Of a DNA stretch of 64,000 bases, positions 22,621-34,315 are shown in pieces. The first letter of the stretch is position 1; each line of letters opens with the position of its first letter. The stretch spans positions 558,001-622,000 of the forward strand of contig NIVC01000151.1 in assembly GCA_002269645.1 (NCBI GenBank). The letters are read 5' to 3'. Position numbers and translations under genes: made by a program. The notes beneath the pieces were generated by a model. That model ran no database searches and was not told the DNA's origin. It saw only the letters and a list, made by a program, of their open reading frames with translations. Source of the DNA: Macrostomum lignano (Eukaryota).

Positions 22621-23877
22621 ATGGCCCACTGGAAGTACTTTCCCGGCGACTATCTAGTAATGTTTGCCGTGGCAACCATTCTGACGGCGCTGCTCAGCTA
22701 CTATTCCGCTTGCTGCTGCCTGCGCAGGTGCTGCCAGCCGCAGCAGCCGCCGCAGAGTCGATGGCGGATCCCGACCGACTATAACCGAGGACGACCGCTG
22801 CCCTCCCTGGAGCCCGACAACTACAGCGACGAGTTTGAGTACTGCTACCGTTGCCGGGCCTTCGTGTTGGCGGAGGACAGCGACGGCTGCTGCATCGGAG
22901 GCCGCGAGCACGTCACCAGCCGGGAGCTCTTCCGCATGACCGCGCGAGCGGCGACTACCGAGCCACCTGCCGCCGAGCCTCCGGCAGCTGGCGACGCTGA
23001 TACAGACTCTGGGAGCGATGAAGGCGGCAAAGAAGAAACCGGCGGCGCCAAAGGAGAGACCGGCGGCGCTAAAGGAGAGACCGGCGGCATTAAAGAAGAG
23101 GCTGGTGGCGCTAAAAGAAAGGCTGGTGGCGCCAAAGGAGAGACCGGCGGCACCAAAGAAGAGACCGGAGGCGCCAAAGGAGAGACCGGCGGCGCCAAAA
23201 AAGAGACCGGCGGCGCCAAAAAAGAGACCGGCGGCGCCAAAGGAGAGACCGGCGGCACCAAAGAAGAGACCGGCGGCACCAAAGAAGAGACCGGAGGCGC
23301 CAAAGGAGAGACCGGAGGCGCCAAAGGAGAGACCGGCGGCGCCAAAAAAGAGACCGGCGGCGCCAAAGGAGAGACCGGAGGCGCCAAAAAAGAGACCGGC
23401 GGCGCCAAAGGAGAGACCGGCGGCGCCAAAAAAGAGACCGGCGGCGCCAAAGAAGAGACCGGAGGCGCCAAAAAAGAGACCGGCGGCGCCAAAACAGAGA
23501 CCGGCGGCGCCAAAGGAGAGACCGGCGGCGCCAAAAAAGAGACCGGCGGCGCCAAAGAAGAGACCGGAGGCGCCAAAAAAGAGACCGGCGGCGCCAAAAC
23601 AGAGACCGGCGGCGCCAAAGGAGAGACCGGCGGCGCCAAAGGAGAGACCGGCGGCACCAAAGGAGAGACCGGCGGCACCAAAGGAGAGACCGGCGGCACC
23701 AAAGGAGAGACCGGCGGCACCAAAGACTTTGCCAAAGAAGAGACCGGCGGCGCCAAAGGAGAGACCGGAGGCGCCAAAAAAGAGACCGGCGGCGCCAAAG
23801 GAGAGACCGGCGGCAAGATCAAAGAAGGGTCGCCCAGGCCAGCCGCCCGGCCAAAGCTGGAGCAGACGAGTTTTTAG
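22621..23877 (+). CDS. Single-pass membrane protein with Cys cluster and about 37 heptad (ETGGAKx) repeats, about 418 aa
   Basis: ATG at 22621 (frame open from 22495); hydrophobic YLVMFAVATILTALLSYYSA followed by CCCLRRCC; 21-bp coding repeat at about 23035-23815 stays in frame with unique sequence on both sides. Confidence 0.6.
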   Translation: MAHWKYFPGDYLVMFAVATILTALLSYYSACCCLRRCCQPQQPPQSRWRIPTDYNRGRPLPSLEPDNYSDEFEYCYRCRAFVLAEDSDGCCIGGREHVTSRELFRMTARAATTEPPAAEPPAAGDADTDSGSDEGGKEETGGAKGETGGAKGETGGIKEEAGGAKRKAGGAKGETGGTKEETGGAKGETGGAKKETGGAKKETGGAKGETGGTKEETGGTKEETGGAKGETGGAKGETGGAKKETGGAKGETGGAKKETGGAKGETGGAKKETGGAKEETGGAKKETGGAKTETGGAKGETGGAKKETGGAKEETGGAKKETGGAKTETGGAKGETGGAKGETGGTKGETGGTKGETGGTKGETGGTKDFAKEETGGAKGETGGAKKETGGAKGETGGKIKEGSPRPAARPKLEQTSF

Positions 23878-25080
23878 GCCGCCATCAAAAACGCCTGATC
23901 GATTTGCAGCAAATAACTGATGAAGCGCGCGCCAGTCCGAGCTAGCGGACTCCTAGGACGCAAAAAACTTTATGATTCATCTACCGATTTCAAAATCTGC
24001 CCAATGCATTAAAGACCATTTTAAACGCCTAAAGAAGGCATGGTCTCGTATTTAGTGTTCCTGCGTCCTCGTAAGCCAATTATCCAATCTTGAAGGCTTT
24101 GATTTCTGTTGTTTCGGCAAACTGCGCCCCCAGTGTTGCTTCTGTCTGGCGAGGTGCAGAGTGCAGGACAGCTAAATTTCAGTGCGGGTTACTTCTGCTC
24201 AAGTCTGATTCCATCGAGAGAACAGAGAGCGTATTATTGCAAACCTGAACCGTTTTATCTATCTTTGGCTTTTGGAGGGGCCCTCTCGAATCGATTCCAA
24301 CGCTTGGCGAGAAGCAGCGCTCACTTCTGTTGCTATTCGCCGCTCCCTTGCACAATACAAGCGTATTAGCCCCCCGTTACCACTGACCCGCCAAGCTTAA
24401 CTCAAGCGGCCTCCTGATTGGCTGAAGGCTCATCACAAGGACAACCTGATTAACCAAAAGACAGAGCTAACGCAGAACAAGCTCAAATGCTTAGGGCTTA
24501 CTTTGAGGGCGAAACGATTTAGCGAACAATAAGAGCAATTATAGAGCAGGAAAAATATTTTATTGTGCTTCATTAATTAAGTAAGTAAGCATTACAGCTC
24601 TGGTTTAAGTATGGTGAAGTCATAACGCTGCGATAGCATTTGGTACAGCTACATGTACAGTAGGGACAGCAAGGCTTGTCAAGCCGGACGACACAAAAAC
24701 CGGTGCTTACGAAACAAAATTCCTCCGGTAACAGGCGATGAACCGATTCGGGATGAGTAATTGATTAACTGAGAGCAGCGATGGGAGCACAGCGGCCGGG
24801 GTGCCCGACTAGCCCGAATATCACGGCAGTCGGCAGAAAACTCAGCAAAAAACCGAGAAAAACCAAGACTAGGCGGCCAGGAAGAGACGGCGGATGGGGA
24901 AGATGCTGAGCATTGATAAACAAGTTACGCGAGCGTCGAAACGGAAGAGCCTTGGAGCCAGTGGAGCCTTGAGAAAATTGAAAACAATACTTCGTACGCC
25001 GGATAAGAGCTGGCCCGCTCTGCCAGGAAAGTCCCAGAGAAACCTGGCCAGTCAGCATAGCCCTGGGCTCCGACCGCGGC

Positions 25081-26283
25081 TCACGCGGCGTCCTCCCCTC
25101 CTTCCCCGACCGGAGCTCCAGCCGCCGCCGCAGCTCTTCGGCGCACCTCCTGGCCGGTGGCAGGCTCGGCCTCTTCAGCAGCTTCAGCGTCAGCCGCCGC
25201 AGCGTCTCCGGATTCTCCGTTCACCTCGCCGGCGTCCGCGGCTTCGCCCGCAGCTGCTGCCGCGGGAGTCGAGGCTGCCGAAGACGACGAGTCCTCCCGG
25301 CCGGCCTCGCCGCCAGCCCCAGCCGCCGAAGTTGACGCAGCCGGCCGGAGGTCCGTCAGCGACTGCCACTGCGGCCGGCCGGGCTGCGGGGACGCCTCGC
25401 CAAGGGGCAGCACGGGCGGGTTGGGCAGCGGCTGCCTGGGCGAGTGCAGGTAGGCGCAGTAGGCGCAGCGCCAGGCCAGGTGCGGGAACTCCTCGGCCAT
25501 CGCCATGCCGTTGTGGCTGCAGCAGCGCCGGCAGATCAGGGCGTAGCGGCGGTCGGCGCCGTCTCCGACCAGCAGGTCGATGATGCGGTCCATGGCGGAG
25601 CGGTCGCGGCTCAGCACAGGCCGCGGCAGCTGGGGCCGCGGCAGAGGCTGCTGCTGCATCGGCGGCGGAGGCTGCTGCTGATTCGGCGCCGGCAACAGCT
25701 TGCGCAGCACGACTCCCTGCGGCGGCTGGGGCTGCGGCGCCGCTGGCTGCTGCTGCTGAGGCGGCGGTCGCTTGGCCAGCGATGACTTGGCGAAAAACTG
25801 GCCGGGCTTCACCGCGGCCGGAGCCTGCGGCTGCTGGAACTCGGCCTTGAACCGGTCCGGATCGAAGCGGTCCAGGATCTCCTTCGCCCGCTTGTAGGTC
25901 TCGGTGTCCATGACCCGGTCCAGCACCTTCCGCTTGTCCTCCCTCAGGCGGCTGGCCCGGGCCTCGCAGCCGGCCAGCGAGCGCACGAAAATCCACAGCA
26001 GGAAGCGGCGCAGCGCGTAAAACAGCGGCAGCACGAAGACGAAGGCGGCCACGTGCAGCAGCTGGGTGAGGCGGCTGGCCACGGGCAGGCAGTAGACATA
26101 GTACACTCCCAGGGCGCTGGGGTAGCCGATGAGGAAGGCGATGAGCAGGTAGCCCAGCAGGCGCTTCTGCAGGCGCAGCTGGTTCTGGCGCCAGGCCTCC
26201 AGGCGGTTGAGCTGGGCCTCGATGGACTCCAGCTCGGCCACCGAGTCCTTGGGCCGCCGAAAGTAGCTGAGCAGCAGGCCCAT
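25081..26283 (-). CDS. LNPK: ER junction formation protein lunapark, 400 aa, intronless CDS
   Basis: MG- start (myristoylation-compatible), two TM segments, VMDTETYKRAKEILDRFDPD, LPRPVL..DRIIDLLVGDG, zinc finger ALICRRCCSHNGMA..WRCAYC. Confidence 0.95.
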   Translation of the reverse strand: MGLLLSYFRRPKDSVAELESIEAQLNRLEAWRQNQLRLQKRLLGYLLIAFLIGYPSALGVYYVYCLPVASRLTQLLHVAAFVFVLPLFYALRRFLLWIFVRSLAGCEARASRLREDKRKVLDRVMDTETYKRAKEILDRFDPDRFKAEFQQPQAPAAVKPGQFFAKSSLAKRPPPQQQQPAAPQPQPPQGVVLRKLLPAPNQQQPPPPMQQQPLPRPQLPRPVLSRDRSAMDRIIDLLVGDGADRRYALICRRCCSHNGMAMAEEFPHLAWRCAYCAYLHSPRQPLPNPPVLPLGEASPQPGRPQWQSLTDLRPAASTSAAGAGGEAGREDSSSSAASTPAAAAAGEAADAGEVNGESGDAAAADAEAAEEAEPATGQEVRRRAAAAAGAPVGEGGEDAA

Positions 26284-26392
26284 GCTGCACTCACGGCTCT
26301 GCACTCACTGCGGCGGGTCGAAAGGGCGCGAATTCGAAATCTCAAGGCACCGAGTCTCAGGCATGAATGCAGCGGCAAGGTTTTCATTATGC

Positions 26393-26615
26393 CACCTGTA
26401 TCACTAGCCTGAGTCACCTGTATCACTAGCCTGAGTCACCTGTATCACCAGTCTGAGTCACCTGTATCACTAGCCTGAGTTACCTGTATCACTAGCCTGA
26501 GTTACCTGTATCACTAGCCTGAGTTACCTGTATCACTAGCCTGAGTTACTTGTATCACTAGCCTGAGTCACCTGCATCACTAGCCTGAGTCACCTGTATC
26601 AGCAGCCTGTGCTAC
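26393..26615. repeat. 22-bp minisatellite upstream of lunapark
   Basis: CACCTGTATCACTAGCCTGAGT, about 10 copies. Confidence 0.95.
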
Positions 26616-27142
26616 CTGTATTTCAACACTGTGCTACCTGGTTATACTCGTAGGTAATATATTTACAAACACATTCAAGTGGCCACTCAGAATTTTCCCT
26701 TTTAATAGTGCAACACACAAGTACCATAATGGCTTCAGACTGCATAATTCAGACCCAAGGACTTCTGAAGCCAAAACCTGGTCGAAAAGCCAAGCTATGC
26801 TGATGCACCGGCCGGGTTTCCCCAGCACGATTCCTTTAAACCCAGAGTTGTCAAATTCTCGAGACTTTGCGCATTGAAGCGATGCAAGTTATTAGTGCTG
26901 TAGCAATGAAATATGACGCACCTCACGTTTAATATATATATATTTGGTTGGCATAGTGAAAGTCCCTAAACACAAATTAAAGTGTACGTGCTGCATAGAT
27001 AAAAAGCAGTATTAGCTAAATGAGCTCTAGTTTAATCAGCACAAAGATACTCGAATACTTCAGTAGGGTTTTTGCCTAACACAGACGTTGCACAGTGCTG
27101 CAATCACCGCGGAACTTAAGAGCAAATAATTCAAACATTCGG

Positions 27143-29445
27143 TCATTCGAACGAGTCATCGAAACGGTACGCGTCCTCAAGGAAGTCCTTCTTGGCGTAG
27201 CCGAAGGCGGCCTTCTGCACGGCCGGGCGCATCGCCGTGTTGATGAGATAGACGGCGAAGGCGGCGATGAGCAGCAGGGCCAGCAGCAGCTGCACCAGCA
27301 GTTCGAACCGCTGGCCAATGCTGGCTGAGGCAAACAAAGACCTGCGGCTGCCGGAGCGACGCTGCTGAATGGCAGCAGCCAGGAGTCGGCGGCGAAGGTC
27401 GCCATCCTTTGCGCTGGTCAGCCTGACTGAGCTCAGAGTTGCTCAAAGTTGGTGAGCAGCAGAGAATATCGAGCCCTCCATATTCTCTGGTGAGCAGCAA
27501 ATGGATGCGCGTGGCGCTGATTGCAGCGCCTGGCGCTTGTGGCCATAGACAACAGCTCAGCGGGGAGAACTTGCGGCTGAGGGCTGCCCTAGTGGCTTCC
27601 CAGGCTAAATATAGATTGGGGCGGCCGCCGACGCTCGAGGCACAGATTATCACACACTGTGCTGTTGGAGTCCTTAATCCCAGGCCAGATTATCTCCCAG
27701 TGTACTGTTGGAGTCCTTAATCCCAGGCCAGATTATCTCCCAGTGTACTGTTGGAGTCCTTAATCCCAGGCCAGATTGGCATCCAGTGTGCTGTTAGAGT
27801 CCTTAATCCCAGGCCAGATTATCTCCCAGTGTACTACTGTTGGAGTCCTTAATCCCAGGCCAAATTATCTCCCAGTGTACTGTTGGAGTCCTTAATCCCA
27901 GGCCAGATTATCTCCCAGTGTACTGTTGGAGTCCTTAATCCCAGGCCAGATTATCTCCCAGTGTACTGTTGGAGTCCTTAATCCCAGGCCAGATTATCTC
28001 CCAGTGTACTGTTGGAGTCCTTAATCCCAGGCCAGATTAGCATCCAGTGTACTGTTGGAGTCCTTAATCCCAGGCCAGATTAGCACCCACTGTGCTGTTA
28101 GAGTCCTTAATCCCAGGCCAGATTATCTCCCAGTGTACTGTTGGAGTCCTTAATCCCAGGCCAGATTATCTCCCAGTGTGCTGTTGGAGTCCTTAATCCC
28201 AGGCCAGATTAGCACCCACTGTGCTGTTAGAGTCCTTAATCCCAGGCCAGATTATCTCCCAGTGTACTGTTTGAGTCCTTAATCCCAGGCCAGATTATCT
28301 CCCAGTGTACTGTTGGAGTCCTTAATCCCAGGCCAGATTATCTCCCAGTGTACTGTTGGAGTCCTTAATCCCAGGCCAGATTATCTCCCAGTGTACTGTT
28401 GGAGTCCTTAATCCCAGGCCAGATTATCTCCCAGTGTACTGTTGGAGTCCTTAATCCCAGGCCAGATTATCTCCCAGTGTGCTGTTGGAGTCCTTAATCC
28501 CAGGCCAGATTATCTCCCAGTGTGCTGTTGGAGTCCTTAATCCCAGGCCAGATTATCTCCCAGTGTACTGTTGGAGTCCTTAATCATAGGCCAGATTACC
28601 TCCAAGTGTACTGTTGGAGTCCTTAATCCCAGGCCAGATTAGCATCCAGTGTACTGTTGGAGTCCTTAATCCCAGGCCAGATTAGCATCCAGTGTACTGT
28701 TGGAGTCCTTAATCCCAGGCCAGATTACCACCCACTGTGCTCTTAGAGTCCTTAATCCCAGGCCAGATTATCTCCCAGTGTACTGTTGGAGTCCTTAATC
28801 CCAGGCCAGATTATCTCCCAGTGTACTGTTGGAGTCCTTAATCCCAGGCCAGATTAGCACCCACTGTGCTGTTAGAGTCCTTAATCCCAGGCCAGATTAT
28901 CTCCCAGTGTGCTGTTGGAGTCCTTAATCCCAGGCCAGATTATCTCCCAGTGTGCTGTTGGAGTCCTTAATCCCAGGCCAGATTATCTCCCAGTGTACTG
29001 TTGGAGTCCTTAATCATAGGCCAGATTACCTCCAAGTGTACTGTTGGAGTCCTTAATCCCAGGCCAGATTAGCATCCAGTGTACTGTTGGAGTCCTTAAT
29101 CCCAGGCCAGATTAGCATCCAGTGTACTGTTGGAGTCCTTAATCCCAGGCCAGATTACCACCCACTGTGCTCTTAGAGTCCTTAATCCCAGGCCAGATTA
29201 TCTCCCAGTGTGCTGTTGGAGTCCTTAATCCCAGGCCAGATTATCTCCCAGTGTGCTGTTGGAGTCCTTAATCCCAGGCCAGATTATCTCCCAGTGTGCT
29301 GTTGGAGTCCTTAATCCGCAAACTCTCAGACCAGAAGTAGCGACTCAAGCCCGAGATTTTGAGAACATGAATAAACCATTCAAATAAGCTCAAATTATTT
29401 AGCCAGAAAAAAAGCAACATACCCGAAAGCCAAAGCACTACTCAT
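27143..29445 (-). CDS. Possible small single-TM protein (2-exon model)
   Basis: Coding-like terminal exon (..ELLVQLLLALLLIAAFAVYLINTAMRPAVQKAAFGYAKKDFLEDAYRFDDSFE*). Candidate first exon 29445-29423 (MSSALAFG, phase 2, GG|GTATGT) is phase-compatible with an acceptor at 27422. The join is speculative. Confidence 0.4.
27655..29315. repeat. 43-bp satellite array, about 39 copies
   Basis: TGTTGGAGTCCTTAATCCCAGGCCAGATTATCTCCCAGTGTAC with 42-bp variants; no unique spacers. Confidence 0.97.
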
Positions 29446-30014
29446 AGTAGTACACAGTGAGCGCTGAGGATTTCAGCACCAGAACAGACAGAACAAGCAA
29501 CTACCCAACTACACAAAAATGCCTAAACAGCCTGCATCGCTAGCAAAAATTAAAAATATAAAATAACACAATGGTTTTTTAAACGCCCACACGTAAGTCT
29601 CCCAATAGCTGTGGGATTTAAATCCCAAATTTTATTGAATTACTAATTAGCAGAATAAGCAAGAATTCGCGGAATCCACACAAAAACTTATTCGACAGAA
29701 TGAAACAGAGAGCAGAACAAAGATCTGAGGCAACATCGGGCCACCCGTCACCCAGCAAAAGCATCTGGACACAGCAAACACTCGTATTACACGACGGTTT
29801 ACAGTAACAGTGAGAGTTGGGGGCAGCGCACCGAGAGCGAATGCGTGGCTGCTTACAGAAACTGCGCCGGTTAAAGCGCAAGAGAAAAACAAAACGGCAG
29901 GAAACACAAAACAGCGGGGAGTTTGAAAGGAATGAGGACCGCACTCACACAGCTCTCACACTGCTCACCTTGTTTGGCTGGCTTGCAATCTTTGCTCACT
30001 TCCGCCACTGGGAG

Positions 30015-30415
30015 ATGAACCAAAGGTGGGAGATGGAGCTGGGGTAGAAGATGGAGCTGAGGTGAGAGATGAAGATAACCCAGGGGTGGGAGATGAACCA
30101 GGGGTGGGAGATGAACCAGGGGTGGGAGATGGAGCTGGGGTGGGAGATGGAGCTGAGGTGGGAGATGGAGCTGGGGTGTGGGATGGAGCTGAGGTGGGAG
30201 ATGGAGCTTAGGTGGGGGAGATGGAGCTGGGGTGTGGGATGGAGCTGAGGTGGGAGATGGAGCTTAGGTGGGGGAGATGGAGCTGGGGTGGGAGATGGAG
30301 CTGGGGTGGGAGATGGAGCTGGGGTGTGGGATGGAGCTGAGGTGGGAGATGGAGCTTAGGTGGGGGAGATGGAGCTTATGTGGGGGAGATGGAGCTGGGG
30401 TGGGAGATGGAGCTG
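30015..30415. repeat. About 18-bp G-rich minisatellite downstream of SEC11
   Basis: GGGGTGGGAGATGGAGCT units. Confidence 0.9.
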
Positions 30416-30542
30416 GTTAAATGGACCTAACAGCTGGGGACTGGGCTATGATCCCATAGGGTTTACAGATGGAAACGGCAAACTTAGAAGAGGACTAAAT
30501 GACAATAAAAGTGCATCTGAGATGCCGCGCACAGTTCCAATC

Positions 30543-31814
30543 TCAGGCCTCCCTGTTGAGAAGCACGAAGATGCCCAGCAGGCCGAGCACGGCGTACTTG
30601 AACTTGGGATAGTCGTTCATGACGATGGTAACCATGCCGATGTACGGCACGAAGCCCTTGGCCCGGCCGATTACGTCACCCTTCTCCAGCCACAGCTGGC
30701 CCGGCGCGTACAGCCCGCGGTCGTCAATGGCGTTGTTGTCGCCTTTGGTGAGGAACTTCACGTAGCCGTCATCGCGCTCGTGCACCTGGGCGCGGGATGG
30801 CAGCGGCGAGTCAGCCGGTGAGCGATGCGGCAGTGGCGGGTGAGCGATAGCGGGAGCGGGAATGGGGAGCGGGGATTGGCAGCGGGGATGGGGAGAGGGG
30901 ATGGGGAGCGGGGATTGGGAGCGGGGATTGGGAGCGGGAATGAGGAGCGGGATGGGGAGCAGGGATGGGGAGCGGGGATGGGGAGCGGGGATGGGAGCGG
31001 GATGGAGAGCGGGGATGGGGAGCAGGGATGAGAAGTGGGGATGGGGAGCAGGGATGAGAAGTGGGGATGGGGAGCAGGGATGAGAAGTGGGGATGGGGAG
31101 CGGGGATGGGGAGCGGGGATGGGGAGCGGGGATTGGGAGCGGGGATGAGGAGCGGGGATGGGAGCAGGGATGGGGAGCGGGGATGGGGAGCGGGGATTGG
31201 GAGCGGGGATGAGGAGCGGGGATGGGGAGCGGGGATGTGGAGCGGGGATGGAGAGCGGGGATGAGGAGCGGGGATGGGAGCGGGGATGGGGAGCGGGGAT
31301 GGGAGCGGGATGGGGAGCGGAATGAGAAGTGGGGATGGGGAGCGGGGATGGGGAGCGGGGATGGAGAGCGGGGATGAGGAGCGGGGATGGGGAGCGGGGA
31401 TGGGGAGCGGGGATGGGGAGCGGGAATGAGAAGTGGGGATGGGGAGTGGGGATGGGGAGCGGGAATCAAGCAGCCAATCAAGAGCTCAGCAAGCGGCAGG
31501 CGCACCTGCAGCACCCGGTGCACGATGGGGATGTCGCGGCCTTGATGCGGAACACGGCAATGTCGCCGGCCCGGATGGGGTCCTCCAGGTCGTTGGTTAG
31601 GAACAGGAGGTCGCCGCGGTAGAAGCCGGGCTCCATGGATCCGGAGAGCACCACCACAACTGGCGACTCGCTGCCCGTGGCCACGATGAGGCCCTTCCAG
31701 ATCATGAGGCGGAGGACACGATCATGCCGAAGCTGAGGAACTGGTAGAACACCTGGCGCTTGTTCATGCGCTTCAGGTCCGACAAGAAGCTGATGTCCAG
31801 CAGGCCATGGTCTG
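30543..31814 (-). CDS. SEC11: Signal peptidase complex catalytic subunit SEC11 with two apparent 1-nt deletions
   Basis: Exon about 31814-31506: [26 protein letters not shown] / [37 protein letters not shown] / [11 protein letters not shown]. Exon 30785-30543: [40 protein letters not shown]. Frame breaks at about 31708 and 31540. Confidence 0.92.
30845..31465. repeat. About 14-bp G-rich minisatellite filling the SEC11 intron
   Basis: GGGGATGGGGAGCG units between the donor (31505) and acceptor (30786). Confidence 0.95.
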
Positions 31815-31887
31815 AAGGGGAGATGGGATGCCATGTTGCCAAGGTTGATATCAATGATGCCATGGGGATCTGTACCGCCACCCAGAC

Positions 31888-32522
31888 TGAACGGGGATCT
31901 GAACCCATCACCAGATGGAATGGGGATCTGAACCCATCACCAGACTGAATGGGGATCTGAACCCATCACCCAGACTGAATGGGGATCTGAACCCATCACC
32001 CAGACTGAATGGGGATCTGAACCCGCCACCCAGACTGAACGGGGATCTGAACCCATCACCCAGATGGAATGGGGATCTGAACCCATCACCCAGACTGAAT
32101 GGGGATCTGAACCCATCACCCAGACTGAATGGGGATCTGAACCCATCACCCAGACTGAATGGGAATCTGAACCCATCACCCAGACTGAATGGTGATCTGA
32201 ACCCATCACCCAGACTGAATGGTGATCTGAACCCATCACCCAGACTGAATGGGGATCTGAACCCATCACCCAGACTGAATGGGGATCTGAACCCATCACC
32301 CAGACTGAATGGGGATCTGAACCATCACCCAGACTGAATGGGGATCTGAACCCATCACCCAGACTGAATGGTGATCTGAACCCATCACCCAGACTGAATG
32401 GGGATCTGAACCCATCACCCAGACTGAATGGGGATCTGAACCCATCACCCAGACTGAATGGGGATCTGAACCCATCACCCAGACTGAATGGTGATCTGAA
32501 CCCATCACCCAGACTGAATGGG
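31888..32522. repeat. 30-bp minisatellite upstream of the SEC11 coding exon
   Basis: GAATGGGGATCTGAACCCATCACCCAGACT, about 21 copies. Confidence 0.95.
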
Positions 32523-33185
32523 GATGTGCTCAGTGACTCTCTTAAATCCCGGTTTTCATAAAACAAAAATGCAACTGTTGATATGAGATATTTATCTGCT
32601 GTCTCTTATTGGACAGTGCAATAAAAATGATTTGAATTTAATAAATAAAATTTCCCAACGACAATGGGCAAACATCAGAACTATGAATGATCAGTTTTTT
32701 GATACAGTAGGAATCATGAACATTGAGCACGAGTACATGTACAGCAGGATAGCTCCGATCAAAAGTGTTGAATATGGCAGTTAATCTGTATAATAAAATC
32801 AGGCAGTGCACCTGTACTGTACAACACAAACAGGCAATGCAATCAACGATTCTGTTCTAGGCAATCGCGCGCAAGTAGGAATAATAATTAAAATCTTCTG
32901 GCACTACTGCGAGTAGCAGCAGGTTTAGCAAAAAATTCTAGTGGCGGACAACAGTGCTGAATGGGGCTCATTATCGGTGCTGACACTGAGATAAATTTAA
33001 AATCAGAGAAGCGACTTGATTGGGGCAACACAGCAGGCATTAAATGACTGCATGACGATATTATGCATGAGTAAACACAGCACTGCGCCTCGATCAAATA
33101 CACTTTGAAACGGCTTAAGGAAATTTTAAGCACTTGGTTATTTACGTAAGCCTAGCTCAGCTCCAGTCATTCGGGAAAGCTAGAA

Positions 33186-34165
33186 ATCCACTTCCGGTCA
33201 TTCAGCTAATTCATATCTCACTTCCGGTCATTCAGATAATTCATATCTCACTTCCGGTCATTCAGCTAATTCATATCTCACTTCCGGTCATTCAGATAAT
33301 TCATATCTCACTTCCGGTCATTCAGATAATTCATATCTCACTTCCGGTCATTCAGATAATTCATATCTCACTTCCGGTCATTCAGATAATTCAAATCTCA
33401 CTTCCGGTCATTCAGATAATTCATATCTCACTTCCGGTCATTCAGCTAGCCAGTATCTCACTTCCGGTCATTTATGTAGCCAGTATCTCACTTCCGGTCA
33501 TTCAGATAGTCAGTATCTCACTTCCGGTCGGTCATTCAGCTAATTCATATCTCACTTCCGGTCATTCAGCTAATTCATATCTCACTTCCGGTCATTCAGC
33601 TAATTCATATCTCACTTCCGGTCATTCAGCTAGCCAGTATCTCACTTCCGGTCATTCAGCTAATTCATATCTCACTTCCGGTCATTCAGCTAGCCAGTAT
33701 CTCACTTCCGGTCATTCAGCTAGCCAGTATCTCACTTCTGGTCATTCAGCTAATTCATATCTCACTTCCGGTCATTCAGCTAGCCAGTATCTCACTTCCG
33801 GTCATTCAGCTAATTCATATCTCACTTCCGGTCATTCAGCTAGCCAGTATCTCACTTCCGGTCATTTATGTAGCCAGTATCTCACTTCCGGTCATTCAGA
33901 TAGCCAGCATCTCACTTCCGGTCATTTATGTAGCCAGTATCTCACTTCCGGTCATTCAGATAGCCAGCATCTCACTTCCGGTCATTTATGTAGCCAGTAT
34001 CTCACTTCCGGTCATTCAGGTAGCCAGCATCTCACTTCCGGTCATTTATGTAGCCAGTATCTCACTTCCGGTCATTCAGGTAGCCAGCATCTCACTTCCG
34101 GTCATTTATGTAGCCAGTATCTCACTTCCGGTCATTCGGAAAGCCAATAAGAAATAACTTCCGGT
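33186..34165. repeat. 30-bp minisatellite with CACTTCCGGT in each unit
   Basis: CACTTCCGGTCATTCAGCTAATTCATATCT and variants, about 32 copies, between the VPS16 stop and SEC11. Confidence 0.95.
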
Positions 34166-34315
34166 CACACAGAAACCTAGTAGTAAATAACTCCTGGTCA
34201 TTCCAAAGGCTTTAACATTCAATAAAATTCTATAATGCTATATCTGTCTCAGCATCCCGCTTCATCCCAAACGTGGAGAGACGTCACCACACAAAAGTAC
34301 AGAAGATCTCGCAGC

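Noticed and set aside
23018-23920. Histone-H1-like KKRPAAPKE ORF
   Set aside because: Alternative frame of the 21-bp array; the frame shared with the TM-containing unique N-terminus is better supported.
27655-29315. 43-bp array resembling a CRISPR locus
   Set aside because: Units are directly adjacent with only point variants; no unique spacers, no cas genes, eukaryotic context.
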